Below the pieces are notes generated by a model. That model saw only the letters and a program-made list of their open reading frames with translations, had not been told where the DNA came from and did not search any database. Positions 1 to 8,555 of a stretch of 64,000 nucleotides of DNA are shown here, piece after piece; positions within the stretch are counted from its first letter, which is position 1, and each line of letters starts with the position of its first letter. Both the position numbers and the translations under genes were made by a program. Source of the DNA: Candidatus Lambdaproteobacteria bacterium (GTDB lineage Bacteria > SAR324 > JACQKK01); contig JACQKK010000005.1 of the NCBI GenBank assembly GCA_016204605.1, positions 3,802-67,801 on the forward strand. The letters run 5' to 3'.

Positions 1-43
1 CTGCGACCAGCAGCATCGTGCGACGGGGTTTCACGGTGAGCTC

Positions 44-955
44 CTACGGTTCGAGGTTGACGAGGTCGCTGTCCTCGGGCGTGAGCCGCTGCCAGGGCAG
101 CAGCCAGCGCTCGACCAGCGCCACCAGCCCCAGCAGCACCAGGCCGATCGGCGTCAGGCAGAGGATCGCGGCGAACACCTCCGCCACGCGCAACTGGGCG
201 TTGGCGGAGAGCATCAGGTACCCGAGCCCGGCCCCGGCGCCCACCCACTCGCCGATCACCGCGCCGATGGTCGAGTAGATCGCGCTCAGCCTGAGCCCGG
301 AGAAGAACGAGGGCAGGGCCGCCGGCACGCGCAGCTTCCAGAGCATCTGGCCGGGGGAGGCGCCCATCGTGCGGAACAGGCGGATCAGGTCGGGGTCCGT
401 GCGCGCCAGGCCATCCAGCACCGCGACCGTGACCGGGAAGAACACGATCACCGCCGCCATCACCACTTTCGAGGCGAAGCCGTAGCCGAACCAGACCACC
501 AGCAGCGGCGCGACCGCGAACACCGGCACGTTCTGGGAGGCGATCAGCAGCGGATAGAGCGCCTTCTCCAGCACCCCGTAGAAGAACATCAGCACGCCCA
601 GCACCAGCCCTACCAGGATGCCGAGCGCCCCGCCCGCGAACACCTCCAGCAGCGTCACCCCGGTATGGCCGAGGAACACCGGCCATTTCTCCACCAACGT
701 CAAGCCGATCAGGCTCGGCGCGGGCAGCACGAACCGCGGGATGGCCGCGAGCCGTACGGTGGCCTCCCAGCCGATCAGCAGCACGGCGATCAGCGCCAGC
801 GGATAGAGCCAGCGGCCCGGGCGGCCCCCGAGGCTCCCCCGCGGCGGCGCCGCGCTGCGCCGGGCCTGGGCCGCCCCGCCTGCGGCGGGTGCCGGGGTGC
901 GAATGGAAGCCACAGGTTCGGCCGTGGACGATGCGGTGCGGGGTTCAGGCGTCAT
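44..955 (-). CDS. ABC transporter permease, NitT/TauT (SsuC/ThiX-like) family
   Basis: ORF 44..1051. Start taken at the internal ATG at 955, which overlaps the stop of the upstream ATPase by 11 nt. Multiple hydrophobic segments and a permease loop (LRLSAIYSTIGAVIGEWVGAGAGLGYLM) typical of this family. Second gene of an operon that follows a TPP riboswitch. Confidence 0.85.
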   Translation of the reverse strand: MTPEPRTASSTAEPVASIRTPAPAAGGAAQARRSAAPPRGSLGGRPGRWLYPLALIAVLLIGWEATVRLAAIPRFVLPAPSLIGLTLVEKWPVFLGHTGVTLLEVFAGGALGILVGLVLGVLMFFYGVLEKALYPLLIASQNVPVFAVAPLLVVWFGYGFASKVVMAAVIVFFPVTVAVLDGLARTDPDLIRLFRTMGASPGQMLWKLRVPAALPSFFSGLRLSAIYSTIGAVIGEWVGAGAGLGYLMLSANAQLRVAEVFAAILCLTPIGLVLLGLVALVERWLLPWQRLTPEDSDLVNLEP

Positions 956-1718
956 CGTCGCCCTCCAGCACCTCGAGGATGCGCTGCTTGAGTCGCAGCG
1001 TCTCGCCGGTGCGCTCGCGCAGCTCGTGGGGCACGTCGAGCGGGAACACATCGACGATGCGGCCCGGGCGCGCCGAGAGCACCACGATCCGCGTCGAGAG
1101 CGCGATCGCCTCCTCCACGTCGTGGGTCACCAGCAGCACGGTCTGCCCGAACTCGCGCCAGACGCGCAGCAGGTGGCGGTGCAGCCGGCGGCGCGTCAGC
1201 GCATCCAGCGCCCCGAAGGGCTCGTCGAGCAGCAGGATGTTCCGCTCGCACAGCAGCGTGCGGATCAGCGCCGTGCGCTGGCGCATGCCGCCCGAAAGCT
1301 GGGCGGGGTAGTGGTCGGCGAAGCCTTCCAGCCGGAACTGCCGCACCAGCTCGCGCGCCTTGGGCTCCAGCCGCACGCGGTCGTGCGGCGACTCCAGCTC
1401 CGGGCCGAGCAGCACGTTGTCCCACAGCGTGCGCCAGGGCAGCAGCAAGTCCTTCTGCTGCATGTAGGCGATGGGCGGCCGCGCCCCAGGCGGCCGGCCG
1501 TGGATGCGTACCTGGCCGCCATCCGGGGGCTCGAGGCCGGCGAGGATGTTGAGCAGGGTCGATTTGCCCCCGCCCGAGGGACCGAGCACGCCCACGAACT
1601 CGCCCGGCGCGAGCGCGAGCGTCACCCCGGCCAGCACCGGATAGGTGCCCGCCCGCGAGGCGTACGACTTGGTGAGCGCCACCGCTTCCAGCGCGGCGGC
1701 GGACGTGCCGGCGTTCAA
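945..1718 (-). CDS. ABC transporter ATP-binding protein, NitT/TauT family (ThiZ-like candidate)
   Basis: 257-aa ORF with Walker A GPSGGGKST, signature LSGGMRQR and Walker B LLLDEPFGALD. First gene downstream of the TPP riboswitch. Confidence 0.9.
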   Translation of the reverse strand: MNAGTSAAALEAVALTKSYASRAGTYPVLAGVTLALAPGEFVGVLGPSGGGKSTLLNILAGLEPPDGGQVRIHGRPPGARPPIAYMQQKDLLLPWRTLWDNVLLGPELESPHDRVRLEPKARELVRQFRLEGFADHYPAQLSGGMRQRTALIRTLLCERNILLLDEPFGALDALTRRRLHRHLLRVWREFGQTVLLVTHDVEEAIALSTRIVVLSARPGRIVDVFPLDVPHELRERTGETLRLKQRILEVLEGDDDA

Positions 1719-1825
1719 GGGGGGCCGGGCTCGGCGAAGGCTTGCACCGGCGGGACGGCGCGCGGAACCGCGTTGCGGACGGGCTGGCCGGAGGGACTTT
1801 GCCGCACAACGGGGGGAGACTTCGC

Positions 1826-1918
1826 CACGCTTCCTCCGCCGGTGCTAACCGGATCAGGTTCTGCGGGTTTGCGGATGCGCTCCGCATCTCAGCCGGCGCC
1901 ACCGGCTCCCCGGGTGTT
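1826..1918 (-). promoter_or_regulatory. TPP (THI-box) riboswitch
   Basis: The minus strand reads GGGGAGCCGGUGGCGCCGGCUGAGAUGCGGAGCGCAUCCGCAAACCCGCAGAACCUGAUCCGGUUAGCACCGGCGGAGGAAG. It has the conserved GGGG..CUGAGA..ACCC and GAACCUGAUCCGG..AGCACCGGCGGAGGAA cores. Visible helices are GCCGG/CCGGC, UGCGGA/UCCGCA and CCGG/CCGG. It lies about 110 nt upstream of the ATPase start codon. Confidence 0.85.
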
Positions 1919-2093
1919 CAGCCATTGCCGATTCAACCACGGGCTCCCGCAGGTTGCAAGCGCGCGGGGCGGCGGGTCGTGGGTCAGATTGAACATTGGC
2001 GCTTCCGCCGGCGGCCTCACGCTCCCCGGCCCTCCCTCTGCTGGAGGAACGGAAGGAGACCCCCGAACACGTGCCAGCGACCGTGGGCAGATT

Positions 2094-2166
2094 CCCCTCC
2101 CCACTTGGTGGGGAGGGGTGCCCGCAGGGCGGGGTGGGGACGCGCCAGCGGCGGGGGTGAGGCTGC
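2094..2166. repeat. REP-like intergenic repeat, family A, copy 1
   Basis: cccctccccacttggtggggaggggtgcccgcagggcggggtggggacgcgccagcggcgggggtgaggctg, with a hairpin cccctcccca/tggggagggg. Near-identical copies lie at 36781-36847 (same orientation) and 47251-47320 (inverted). Confidence 0.8.
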
Positions 2167-2344
2167 GGCGGCCGCCAGCCCGATTCCGCAGGGGTCGCCC
2201 ACCACCCCGCGACCGCTCCTGAAGCGGCTCCGGACTTGGCTTTCCGCGCGGGTTCCTGTACGAAATCAACAGGCGCGAAGAACGCGCAGTCGAACGTGCA
2301 CCCGGCGTGCGGCCACGCCGCCGGATTGGGCGAAGGGAGCCGCG

Positions 2345-2743
2345 ATGGCGGACGAGAAGGCGTTGCGGGTGCTGATCGCGGAGGACAACCCCAACCTGCG
2401 CAGGGTCATCGTCAACATCGTCAGGAAGCTCGGCTACAGCGACGTGACCGAGGCCGAGGACGGCGAAAAGGCCTGGGACGAGATCCTCAAGGGCGGGATC
2501 GGGCTGCTGCTCACCGACTGGCGCATGCCCGAGCTGAACGGGCTCGAGCTGCTGAAGCGCATCCGCCAGTCGGCGCCGCCGATCTCGACCATCCCCGTGC
2601 TGATGATCACCGCGGCGGACACGAAGAACGAGATCGTGACCGCGGGCAAATTCGGGGTGGATGCCTACGTGGTCAAGCCCTTCAACATCGCCACCATCGG
2701 CGAGAAGATCCAGGAAGCGTTCCGCAAGCGGCCCCCGCGTTGA
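2345..2743 (+). CDS. CheY-like single-domain response regulator
   Basis: MADEKALRVLIAEDNPNLRR...LLLTDWRMPELNG...VLMITA...YVVKPF. The acidic pocket, phospho-acceptor Asp, conserved Thr and Lys are all present. ATG at 2345. Confidence 0.9.
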   Translation: MADEKALRVLIAEDNPNLRRVIVNIVRKLGYSDVTEAEDGEKAWDEILKGGIGLLLTDWRMPELNGLELLKRIRQSAPPISTIPVLMITAADTKNEIVTAGKFGVDAYVVKPFNIATIGEKIQEAFRKRPPR

Positions 2744-3687
2744 ACCAGTCCTCCGCCGACTCCCGCGCGGCATCCACCTGGACCGTCGCCGCCCTGCTGA
2801 AGTGGTGCGAAGGCTACTTCCGCGAGAAGGGTCTGCCCTCGCCCCGCCTCGATGGGGAGCTGCTGCTCGCCCACGTGCTGGGGCTGCGTCGCCTGGACCT
2901 CTACCTCCAGTTCGACCGGCCGCTGACGCAGGCGGAGCTGGCGGCGTTCCGGCCGCTGGTGCAGGCGCGGGCGGCCCGCCGGCCCGTGGCCTACCTCACC
3001 GGCGAGGCGGGCTTCTGGGGCCTGACCCTGGCCGTGCGCCCCGGCTGCCTGGTGCCCCGCCCCGACACCGAGACGCTGGTCGAGGCCGCGCTGGGGGCGA
3101 TCGCGGCCCTGCGCGCCGCCATGGCCGTGCCAACGGGCAATCCTGAGGCGCCCCTGACGCTGGTCGAGCTGGGGACGGGCACCGGCGCCATCCCGCTCGC
3201 CCTCTGCGCCGAGACGCGGGGGCTGACCTGCGTCAGCGTCGAGCGCTCGGCCGAGGCGCTGGCCTGCGCCCGCGAGAACCGCGCCCGCCACGCCGCCCTG
3301 CTGGCGCCCCGCAGCAACGATCTCCGCCTGGTGCGCGGCGACCGCCTGGAAGCGCTCCACCCCGCCTTCCGGCCGCACCTGCTGGTCAGCAATCCCCCCT
3401 ACATCCCCAGCGCGGCCATCGCGGGGCTGGAGCCCGAGGTCGCGCAGGCGGAGCCGCGCGCCGCGCTCGATGGCGGCCCGGACGGGCTCGACTTCCACCG
3501 CAATCTGCTCGCCTTCGCGGCGGAACGCCTCGCTCCCGGCGGCCGGGTGCTGTTCGAGATCGGCCACGACCAGGCCGAGGCCGTCCGCGCCCTCGCCGCC
3601 GCGCATCCGACGCTGCGCGAGATCGAACTCCGCCGCGACCTCGCCAAGCGGCCGCGGGTGTTCCATGCGGAGAGGAGGGCGGGGTAG
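2740..3687 (+). CDS. prmC: Peptide chain release factor N5-glutamine methyltransferase
   Basis: HemK/PrmC layout with a SAM-binding loop ELGTGTGAIPL and the catalytic VSNPPYIP motif. In-frame TTG at 2740 overlaps the cheY-like stop (gTTGA). The start is uncertain by a few codons. Confidence 0.85.
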   Translation: MNQSSADSRAASTWTVAALLKWCEGYFREKGLPSPRLDGELLLAHVLGLRRLDLYLQFDRPLTQAELAAFRPLVQARAARRPVAYLTGEAGFWGLTLAVRPGCLVPRPDTETLVEAALGAIAALRAAMAVPTGNPEAPLTLVELGTGTGAIPLALCAETRGLTCVSVERSAEALACARENRARHAALLAPRSNDLRLVRGDRLEALHPAFRPHLLVSNPPYIPSAAIAGLEPEVAQAEPRAALDGGPDGLDFHRNLLAFAAERLAPGGRVLFEIGHDQAEAVRALAAAHPTLREIELRRDLAKRPRVFHAERRAG

Positions 3688-3790
3688 AGAGTGCGATGCG
3701 TTACGCCCCCCGGTGCGCCCCAATTAGGAACGATTTCAATAGAATTTGTAGTAGTGATCCTATGAATCTGTTCTCGGTACCTGCGACGAG

Positions 3791-4282
3791 TCAATTTCTT
3801 CGAATAACGAGGGTTCCTGCCATTATGTCGTGTAACGCTTGGCGATTCTCAGTCGCCTGCACGACGAGGAATCCAATACCGAATATCAACGCTGAAAGCA
3901 ATTTGGCGAAAAAGCGAGAGGAAGCGCGGCCAAGTGATATGCGATTGCCTGTCAAATCAGTGACTGTCAATTTCATACACATCTTTCCGAGTGTAGCCTT
4001 TCTTGTCGAGCTTTCCATTGGAGCGACGAAAACCCAGGCCAAACCGAGGCCGCAAAGCGGCTTGAGAAGCTGGCCCATCACAACTGAGAATTGGACAGAA
4101 AAAGGGTATGCAGAAAATGGGTATTCAGGCCTATATGCTTTCGGAGAGTTACCAGGAATCGATATGAATTCACCGACCAACCATGACCCAACACGATACG
4201 CAAGCGCTATTAGTGCCACGTCAATAAGAAACGCGATTGCACGTTGTTGAAAGCTCGCGTATCCGTAAGGAACCGGCTGCAT
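3791..4282 (-). CDS. RDD family membrane protein
   Basis: YASFQQRAIAFLIDVAL at the N-terminus and ATLGKMCMKLTVTDLTGNRISLGRASSRFFAKLLS...QALHDIMAGTLVI at the C-terminus match the RDD domain pattern. The gene is visibly lower in GC than its neighbours. Confidence 0.75.
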   Translation of the reverse strand: MQPVPYGYASFQQRAIAFLIDVALIALAYRVGSWLVGEFISIPGNSPKAYRPEYPFSAYPFSVQFSVVMGQLLKPLCGLGLAWVFVAPMESSTRKATLGKMCMKLTVTDLTGNRISLGRASSRFFAKLLSALIFGIGFLVVQATENRQALHDIMAGTLVIRRN

Positions 4283-4527
4283 AACATGTCCCTATGTTTC
4301 ATTCTGCCACTTGGCCCCGCGTCGGTCTTTCAGCTAACGACCCTTCACTTGTACGCATTCGGCAGGCTGGAGTCACGTGATAGGACTGCCCTGTCAAGCG
4401 CCCCAAACACCTGTTAGCAGAGTATCTTGCGCCAAACAAGACGAACGACGGAGATCGGTACCACTGCGAAAACTGAAATGAGGGGACCAGTGATCAGCTC
4501 CCTACAAGTGCGCCGCAGACGCTGACG

Positions 4528-4815
4528 CTACCCGCCCTTGATGGCGTCGCGGAGGGTACGGTTGATGCGGGTCTGCCAGCCGGCGCCGGTCGCCTTGAAG
4601 TGTTCCAGCACGTCGTGATCCAGGCGCAGGGTGACCTGCTCCTTGGTGGGGGCCTTTTGCGGGCCGCGCTCCCCCGGTTTTCGCTTCGGCAGCACGGTGA
4701 CGAGGTCGGCCGGCAGCACGTCGGCAGGCGGGCGGAAGCGGCGGATGTCGGCGCGGGTCAGCTCCCGCACCTCGCCCGCTTCATTCGTCAGGGGCTTCTC
4801 GAGTTTCTTGCGCAT
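4528..4815 (-). CDS. brnA: BrnA-type antitoxin (type II TA)
   Basis: MRKKLEKPLTNEAGEVRELTRADIRRFRP...VTLRLDHDVLEHFKATGAGWQTRINRTLRDAI. The C-terminal RHH-like signature is characteristic of BrnA. It overlaps the 3' end of brnT by 35 nt, in toxin-first order. Confidence 0.85.
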   Translation of the reverse strand: MRKKLEKPLTNEAGEVRELTRADIRRFRPPADVLPADLVTVLPKRKPGERGPQKAPTKEQVTLRLDHDVLEHFKATGAGWQTRINRTLRDAIKGG

Positions 4816-5068
4816 GGCGACGGACCTCGCGTTCGTTGGCTTTTCGGAAGCTGATGAGGCGCACCCCACCGGGGATGGGCGTGAAACAGATCACGTGCAG
4901 CCGGTTGCCCAGATGGCCGATAGCCACGAACCGGCGTTCCGTGTAGGCCCGGCGGGTGTCTTCCCGGTATGTCGCGGTCTCCCACTCGAATTCGGCTGCC
5001 AGGACGTACGGCAGGTCGCGCTCCAGGGCGTTCCGCTCGCTCTTGGCCGGATCGAATTCGATCTTCAC
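4781..5068 (-). CDS. brnT: BrnT-type toxin (DUF497 family)
   Basis: MKIEFDPAKSERNALERDLPY...RFVAIGHLGNRLHVICFTPIPGGVRLISFRKANEREV is the typical BrnT pattern. GTG start at 5068. Confidence 0.85.
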   Translation of the reverse strand: MKIEFDPAKSERNALERDLPYVLAAEFEWETATYREDTRRAYTERRFVAIGHLGNRLHVICFTPIPGGVRLISFRKANEREVRRHAQETREAPDE

Positions 5069-5074
5069 GTTTTC

Positions 5075-5102
5075 ATTGTAGCTACAAATAACGTCGAGTC
5101 AA
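5075..5102 (-). promoter_or_regulatory. Sigma70-type promoter of brnTA copy 1 (TTGACT-16-TACAAT)
   Basis: Gene orientation reads TTGACT cgacgttatttgtagc TACAAT gaaaac GTG. The -10 ends 6 nt before the start codon, which implies a leaderless or near-leaderless mRNA. Confidence 0.55.
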
Positions 5103-5240
5103 TGAACCGTCGAAGGGCGCCGTCAAACCAAATTGCGCCAGCGGTTCTTGAATGTCGCCCTCCCCATACCGGCCCCACCCATCCTTGTGCTATGGGAGGC
5201 GGAGCCCTTTGCCCTTCGCGCCCTCTCGTGGAGACCGCCC

Positions 5241-6266
5241 ATGGCGCAGACGCTGATCCTGACCGGCGACGTCAACCTGAGGGACATGGCCGACCCGCCG
5301 CGCGCGTTCAGCCAGGTGGCCGGGACGCTGCACGGCGCCGTGGGGGTGTTCGGCAACCTGGAGTGCCTGCTCGCCGAGCGGCCGGCCCAGCGGCCCCCGG
5401 AGGGGTTCTACGCCGGGGCGGCGGCGGGGCGCGCGTTGCAGGTGGCGGGCTACCACGCGGTGGGCACGGCGAACAACGTCAACTACGGCACGGTGGCGAT
5501 CCCCGCCTCGCTGGCGGTGCTGGACGGCCTCGGCATCGCCCACACGGGCTCCGGGGTCAACCGCCAGGCGGCGTGGACGCCGGTGGTGGTGGAGCGGGGC
5601 GGCCTGCGCTTCGGCTTCATCCAGCACACCTGCGTCTACTGGTCGCTCCACCACGAGGCCACGGACAAGGAGCCGGGCGTGGCCGCCCTGCGCGCCCACA
5701 CGGCCTACCGCCCGCGCGTGGAGCAGCTCCGCGCCCTCACGCGGCCGGGCATGGCGCCGGAGGTGGTGACCTGGGCCGATGCCGAGGCGCTCGGCGAGTA
5801 CCGCGCGGCCGTGGCGGCGCTGCGGGCGCGCGCCGACGTGGTGGTGGCCTCGGTGCACTGGGGGCTCGATACCGACGTGTTCCAGTACATGCGCGAGATC
5901 GCGCAGGCGGCCATCGAGGCGGGCGCCGACCTGGTGCTGGGTCACGGCCCCCACTCCCCGCTCGGCGTGGGGCTGTACCGAGATCGGCCCATCCTCTACG
6001 GCATGGGCAACTTCGCCTTCGACGTGGGCCACTACGACCGCCGCCACGGCGACTGGATCGGCCTGCTGGCGCGCGTCGAGCTGGAGGGCGAGCGGGTGGC
6101 CGGGCTGACCCTCGCCCCCGTGCGCCACAACGCGCACGGCGAGACCGTGCTCCGCTCCTGGCGGGAGGAGGCCGACGCGCTCGCCACCCAGAACGCGCTC
6201 TGCGCCCCCCTCGGCACGCGCCTGGAGGCGGAGGGCGACGCCGCCCGCGTGCGGCCGGCCGGGTGA
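5241..6266 (+). CDS. CapA family protein (PGA_cap metallophosphatase-like)
   Basis: MAQTLILTGDVNL...GNLECLL...ASVHWGLD...ADLVLGHGPHSPLGVGLY...YGMGNFAFD follows the CapA/PGA_cap pattern. ATG at 5241. Confidence 0.75.
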   Translation: MAQTLILTGDVNLRDMADPPRAFSQVAGTLHGAVGVFGNLECLLAERPAQRPPEGFYAGAAAGRALQVAGYHAVGTANNVNYGTVAIPASLAVLDGLGIAHTGSGVNRQAAWTPVVVERGGLRFGFIQHTCVYWSLHHEATDKEPGVAALRAHTAYRPRVEQLRALTRPGMAPEVVTWADAEALGEYRAAVAALRARADVVVASVHWGLDTDVFQYMREIAQAAIEAGADLVLGHGPHSPLGVGLYRDRPILYGMGNFAFDVGHYDRRHGDWIGLLARVELEGERVAGLTLAPVRHNAHGETVLRSWREEADALATQNALCAPLGTRLEAEGDAARVRPAG

Positions 6267-6327
6267 CGGAAGGGGAGAGGGCCGCCTGGACGAACCCCAA
6301 CCCAACACTCGTATCGAGGTCTTACCG

Positions 6328-7092
6328 ATGAGGCTGCGGCAGATCGCATTCGTGGCGGAGAAGCTGGCGCCGGCGACCGAGGAGCTGTGCGCCGTACTGG
6401 GGCTCGCGGTCGCCTTCCGCGACGACCACGTCGCCCGCTGGGGGCTGGAGAACATCGTGGCGCCCATCGGCGGCGACTTCCTGGAGATCGTGGCGCCGGT
6501 CAAGCCCGACGCCTCCGCCGGGCGCTTCCTGAGGCGGCGCGAGGGCGACGGCGGCTACATGGTGATCCTGCACTGCGCGGATGGCATCGCCGAGCGCAAG
6601 CGGGTGATGGGGCTGGGCATCCGCTCGGTGGCGACCAGCGACCGGCCGGACTGGGTGACCACGCACTTCCACCCCTCCGATACCGGCGGCGTGCTGCTCT
6701 CCATCGGCGCCCAGCCCGGCTCCGACCCGCGCGAGCCGATGAGCCCCTGGTCGCCCGCCGGGCCCGACTGGCGCAAGGCCGTGCGCACCGAACGCGTCAG
6801 CGAGCTGGTCGCGGCGGAGCTGCAGAGCGCCGACCCCGTGGCCCAGACCTCGCTGTGGGCGCGCATCCTCAACAGGCCGGCGGTCTCGACCCCCGGCGGC
6901 GATCACGAAATCCGCCTGGAGCGGGGTCGCCTGCGGTTCGTGCGGGCCGCGGACGGTCGCGGCACCGGCCTCGGCGCCATCGACGTGAAGGCGGCCGATC
7001 CCAGGCGCGTGCTGGTCGAGGCCGAGGCGCGCGGGCTCAAGCTCTCCGAGACGCAGGTGCTGGTGTGCGGCACCCGCGTCAACCTCGTGTAG
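6328..7092 (+). CDS. VOC/glyoxalase-like domain protein
   Basis: MRLRQIAFVAEKLAPATEELCAVLGL...GGDFLEIVAPVKPDASAGRFL...GGYMVILH resembles glyoxalase-like (VOC) domain proteins. The family call is approximate. Confidence 0.55.
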   Translation: MRLRQIAFVAEKLAPATEELCAVLGLAVAFRDDHVARWGLENIVAPIGGDFLEIVAPVKPDASAGRFLRRREGDGGYMVILHCADGIAERKRVMGLGIRSVATSDRPDWVTTHFHPSDTGGVLLSIGAQPGSDPREPMSPWSPAGPDWRKAVRTERVSELVAAELQSADPVAQTSLWARILNRPAVSTPGGDHEIRLERGRLRFVRAADGRGTGLGAIDVKAADPRRVLVEAEARGLKLSETQVLVCGTRVNLV

Positions 7093-7160
7093 AGACCGCG
7101 CAGCGCCATGCCGGCGTCCGGCCGACCGGAAACCTGCGGCGGGAGCGCCCCCCGCGCCGG

Positions 7161-8555
7161 TCATGGGCCCGAGGGCGCGCCAACCAGCGCGGCGACGCGG
7201 GCGAGCCGGCCCGGTCGGTCGAGCTGGCGCAGCGCCTCGAACAGCGCGTCCGTGCGCTCCCCCAGCACGGGCCGCACCAGCCGGTCGAACTTGGCCGCAA
7301 GGTCGGCCCACGGCATCGGGCCGGCGGCGGGTTCACGGTCCAGCCGCACCTCCGCCCCGAGGGAAGATCCGTCGGCGAGCGTCACCTGCAGGTGAGCTGC
7401 GGCAGGCGCGGGCCGGCCCGCATCCCGCGCCACCTCGACCAGGGCCATCAGCGCGCGAACCTGGGGGGCTTCCAGGCGGCGCTGGGTGAAGTCCTCAGGC
7501 ATCATGGCCGAGCCCAGCAGCGCGGAGGCCAGGCAGAAGGAGAGGCTGAACTTGGCCTCCATGGCGGTGCGGGGGTGGCGGATGCCTTCGACCCTGGGCG
7601 CATCGGGGTGCACCGAGACGCGAATCCGCGCCACGGCGCGTCCGGCCAGCCCGGGCGCCAGCAGCAGTCCCGCGGCCACGAACGGGTGCACCCCCTTGCC
7701 GCAGGCGTAGGGCTTGATCTCGTTCTCGAGCAGCGCCTGCCCCGCCGTGAGCCGTAAGGGCTCTTGGCGCACTGACCCGTCCTGCACCAGCGCGGCGACG
7801 AGCCCGCCGCCCGGCTCCAGCAGGCGCCGGGCGCCCTGGAAGCCCACCGAGGCGAGCCGGGCGGCCACCACGCCGTCCAACGCCGCCTGGCCGGCGTGGA
7901 GCGGCTTGGCCATGGTGCCGAAGGAGCCGGTGAGGCCCCCGGCCATGGTCGCCGCGAGGGCCAGCGCATGCTCGGCCGCCTCCGGCTCCAGCCCGAGCAG
8001 CGCGGCAGCCGCGCCTGCCGCGGCGATGCGCCCGAGCACGCCGGTGGGGTGGAACCGCCGCCGGAGCAGGGCCGCCCCGAGGTCGCCCGCGGCCCCCAGC
8101 CGCGCCGCCAGCTCGTAGCCGGCCGCGAAGGCGGCCAGGGCCTCTGCCCCGCTGCGCCCTTCGGCGGTGGCCAGCGCGAACACGGCCGCCCAGGCGGGGG
8201 CCGTGACGTGCACGCCGGAGGCGGGGTGGGTGTCGTCGAAGTCCAGCACGTGGGCCATGGTGCCGTTGACCAGCGCCGCTACGGGCTCGGCCGAAGGGCT
8301 GCCGAGCACCACCGCCGCGCGGCCCGACGCCGCGAAGCTCGCCGCCGCGCGCCGGACGGCGGCGGTGGTGGGCTCCCGCGCCGCGCCCAGCGCCACGGCG
8401 AACCAGTCCGCCACGGCCTGGCGGGCCGCCTCCAGCACGTCAGGCGCCAGCGGCCGGCGGGTCGCGGCGGCCAGGAAGGCCCCTGGGGTCGGTTCGTCGG
8501 AGGGGGCGAGGGCCATGGGTCGCGCTCGGGGCGCTGGGGCGAGTTCCGCCGTCAC
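7161..8555 (-). CDS. MmgE/PrpD family protein
   Basis: AVADWFAVALGA...ALVNGTMAHVLDFDDTHPASGVHVTAPAWAAVFALA is diagnostic of the MmgE/PrpD (2-methylcitrate dehydratase-like) family. Its ATG overlaps the stop of the upstream acyl-CoA dehydrogenase (ATGA). Confidence 0.85.
   Translation of the reverse strand: MTAELAPAPRARPMALAPSDEPTPGAFLAAATRRPLAPDVLEAARQAVADWFAVALGAAREPTTAAVRRAAASFAASGRAAVVLGSPSAEPVAALVNGTMAHVLDFDDTHPASGVHVTAPAWAAVFALATAEGRSGAEALAAFAAGYELAARLGAAGDLGAALLRRRFHPTGVLGRIAAAGAAAALLGLEPEAAEHALALAATMAGGLTGSFGTMAKPLHAGQAALDGVVAARLASVGFQGARRLLEPGGGLVAALVQDGSVRQEPLRLTAGQALLENEIKPYACGKGVHPFVAAGLLLAPGLAGRAVARIRVSVHPDAPRVEGIRHPRTAMEAKFSLSFCLASALLGSAMMPEDFTQRRLEAPQVRALMALVEVARDAGRPAPAAAHLQVTLADGSSLGAEVRLDREPAAGPMPWADLAAKFDRLVRPVLGERTDALFEALRQLDRPGRLARVAALVGAPSGP

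Noticed and set aside
897-2222. A 441-aa plus-strand ORF ending in ...PLPTWWGGVPAGRGGDAPAAGVRL.
   Set aside because: It is antisense to the ABC transporter genes and the riboswitch. Its C-terminal peptide is just the translated REP element, which recurs in other spurious ORFs.
3696-4250. A 184-aa plus-strand ORF in the low-GC islet.
   Set aside because: The opposite strand encodes a clear RDD-family protein. The plus-strand product has no motifs.
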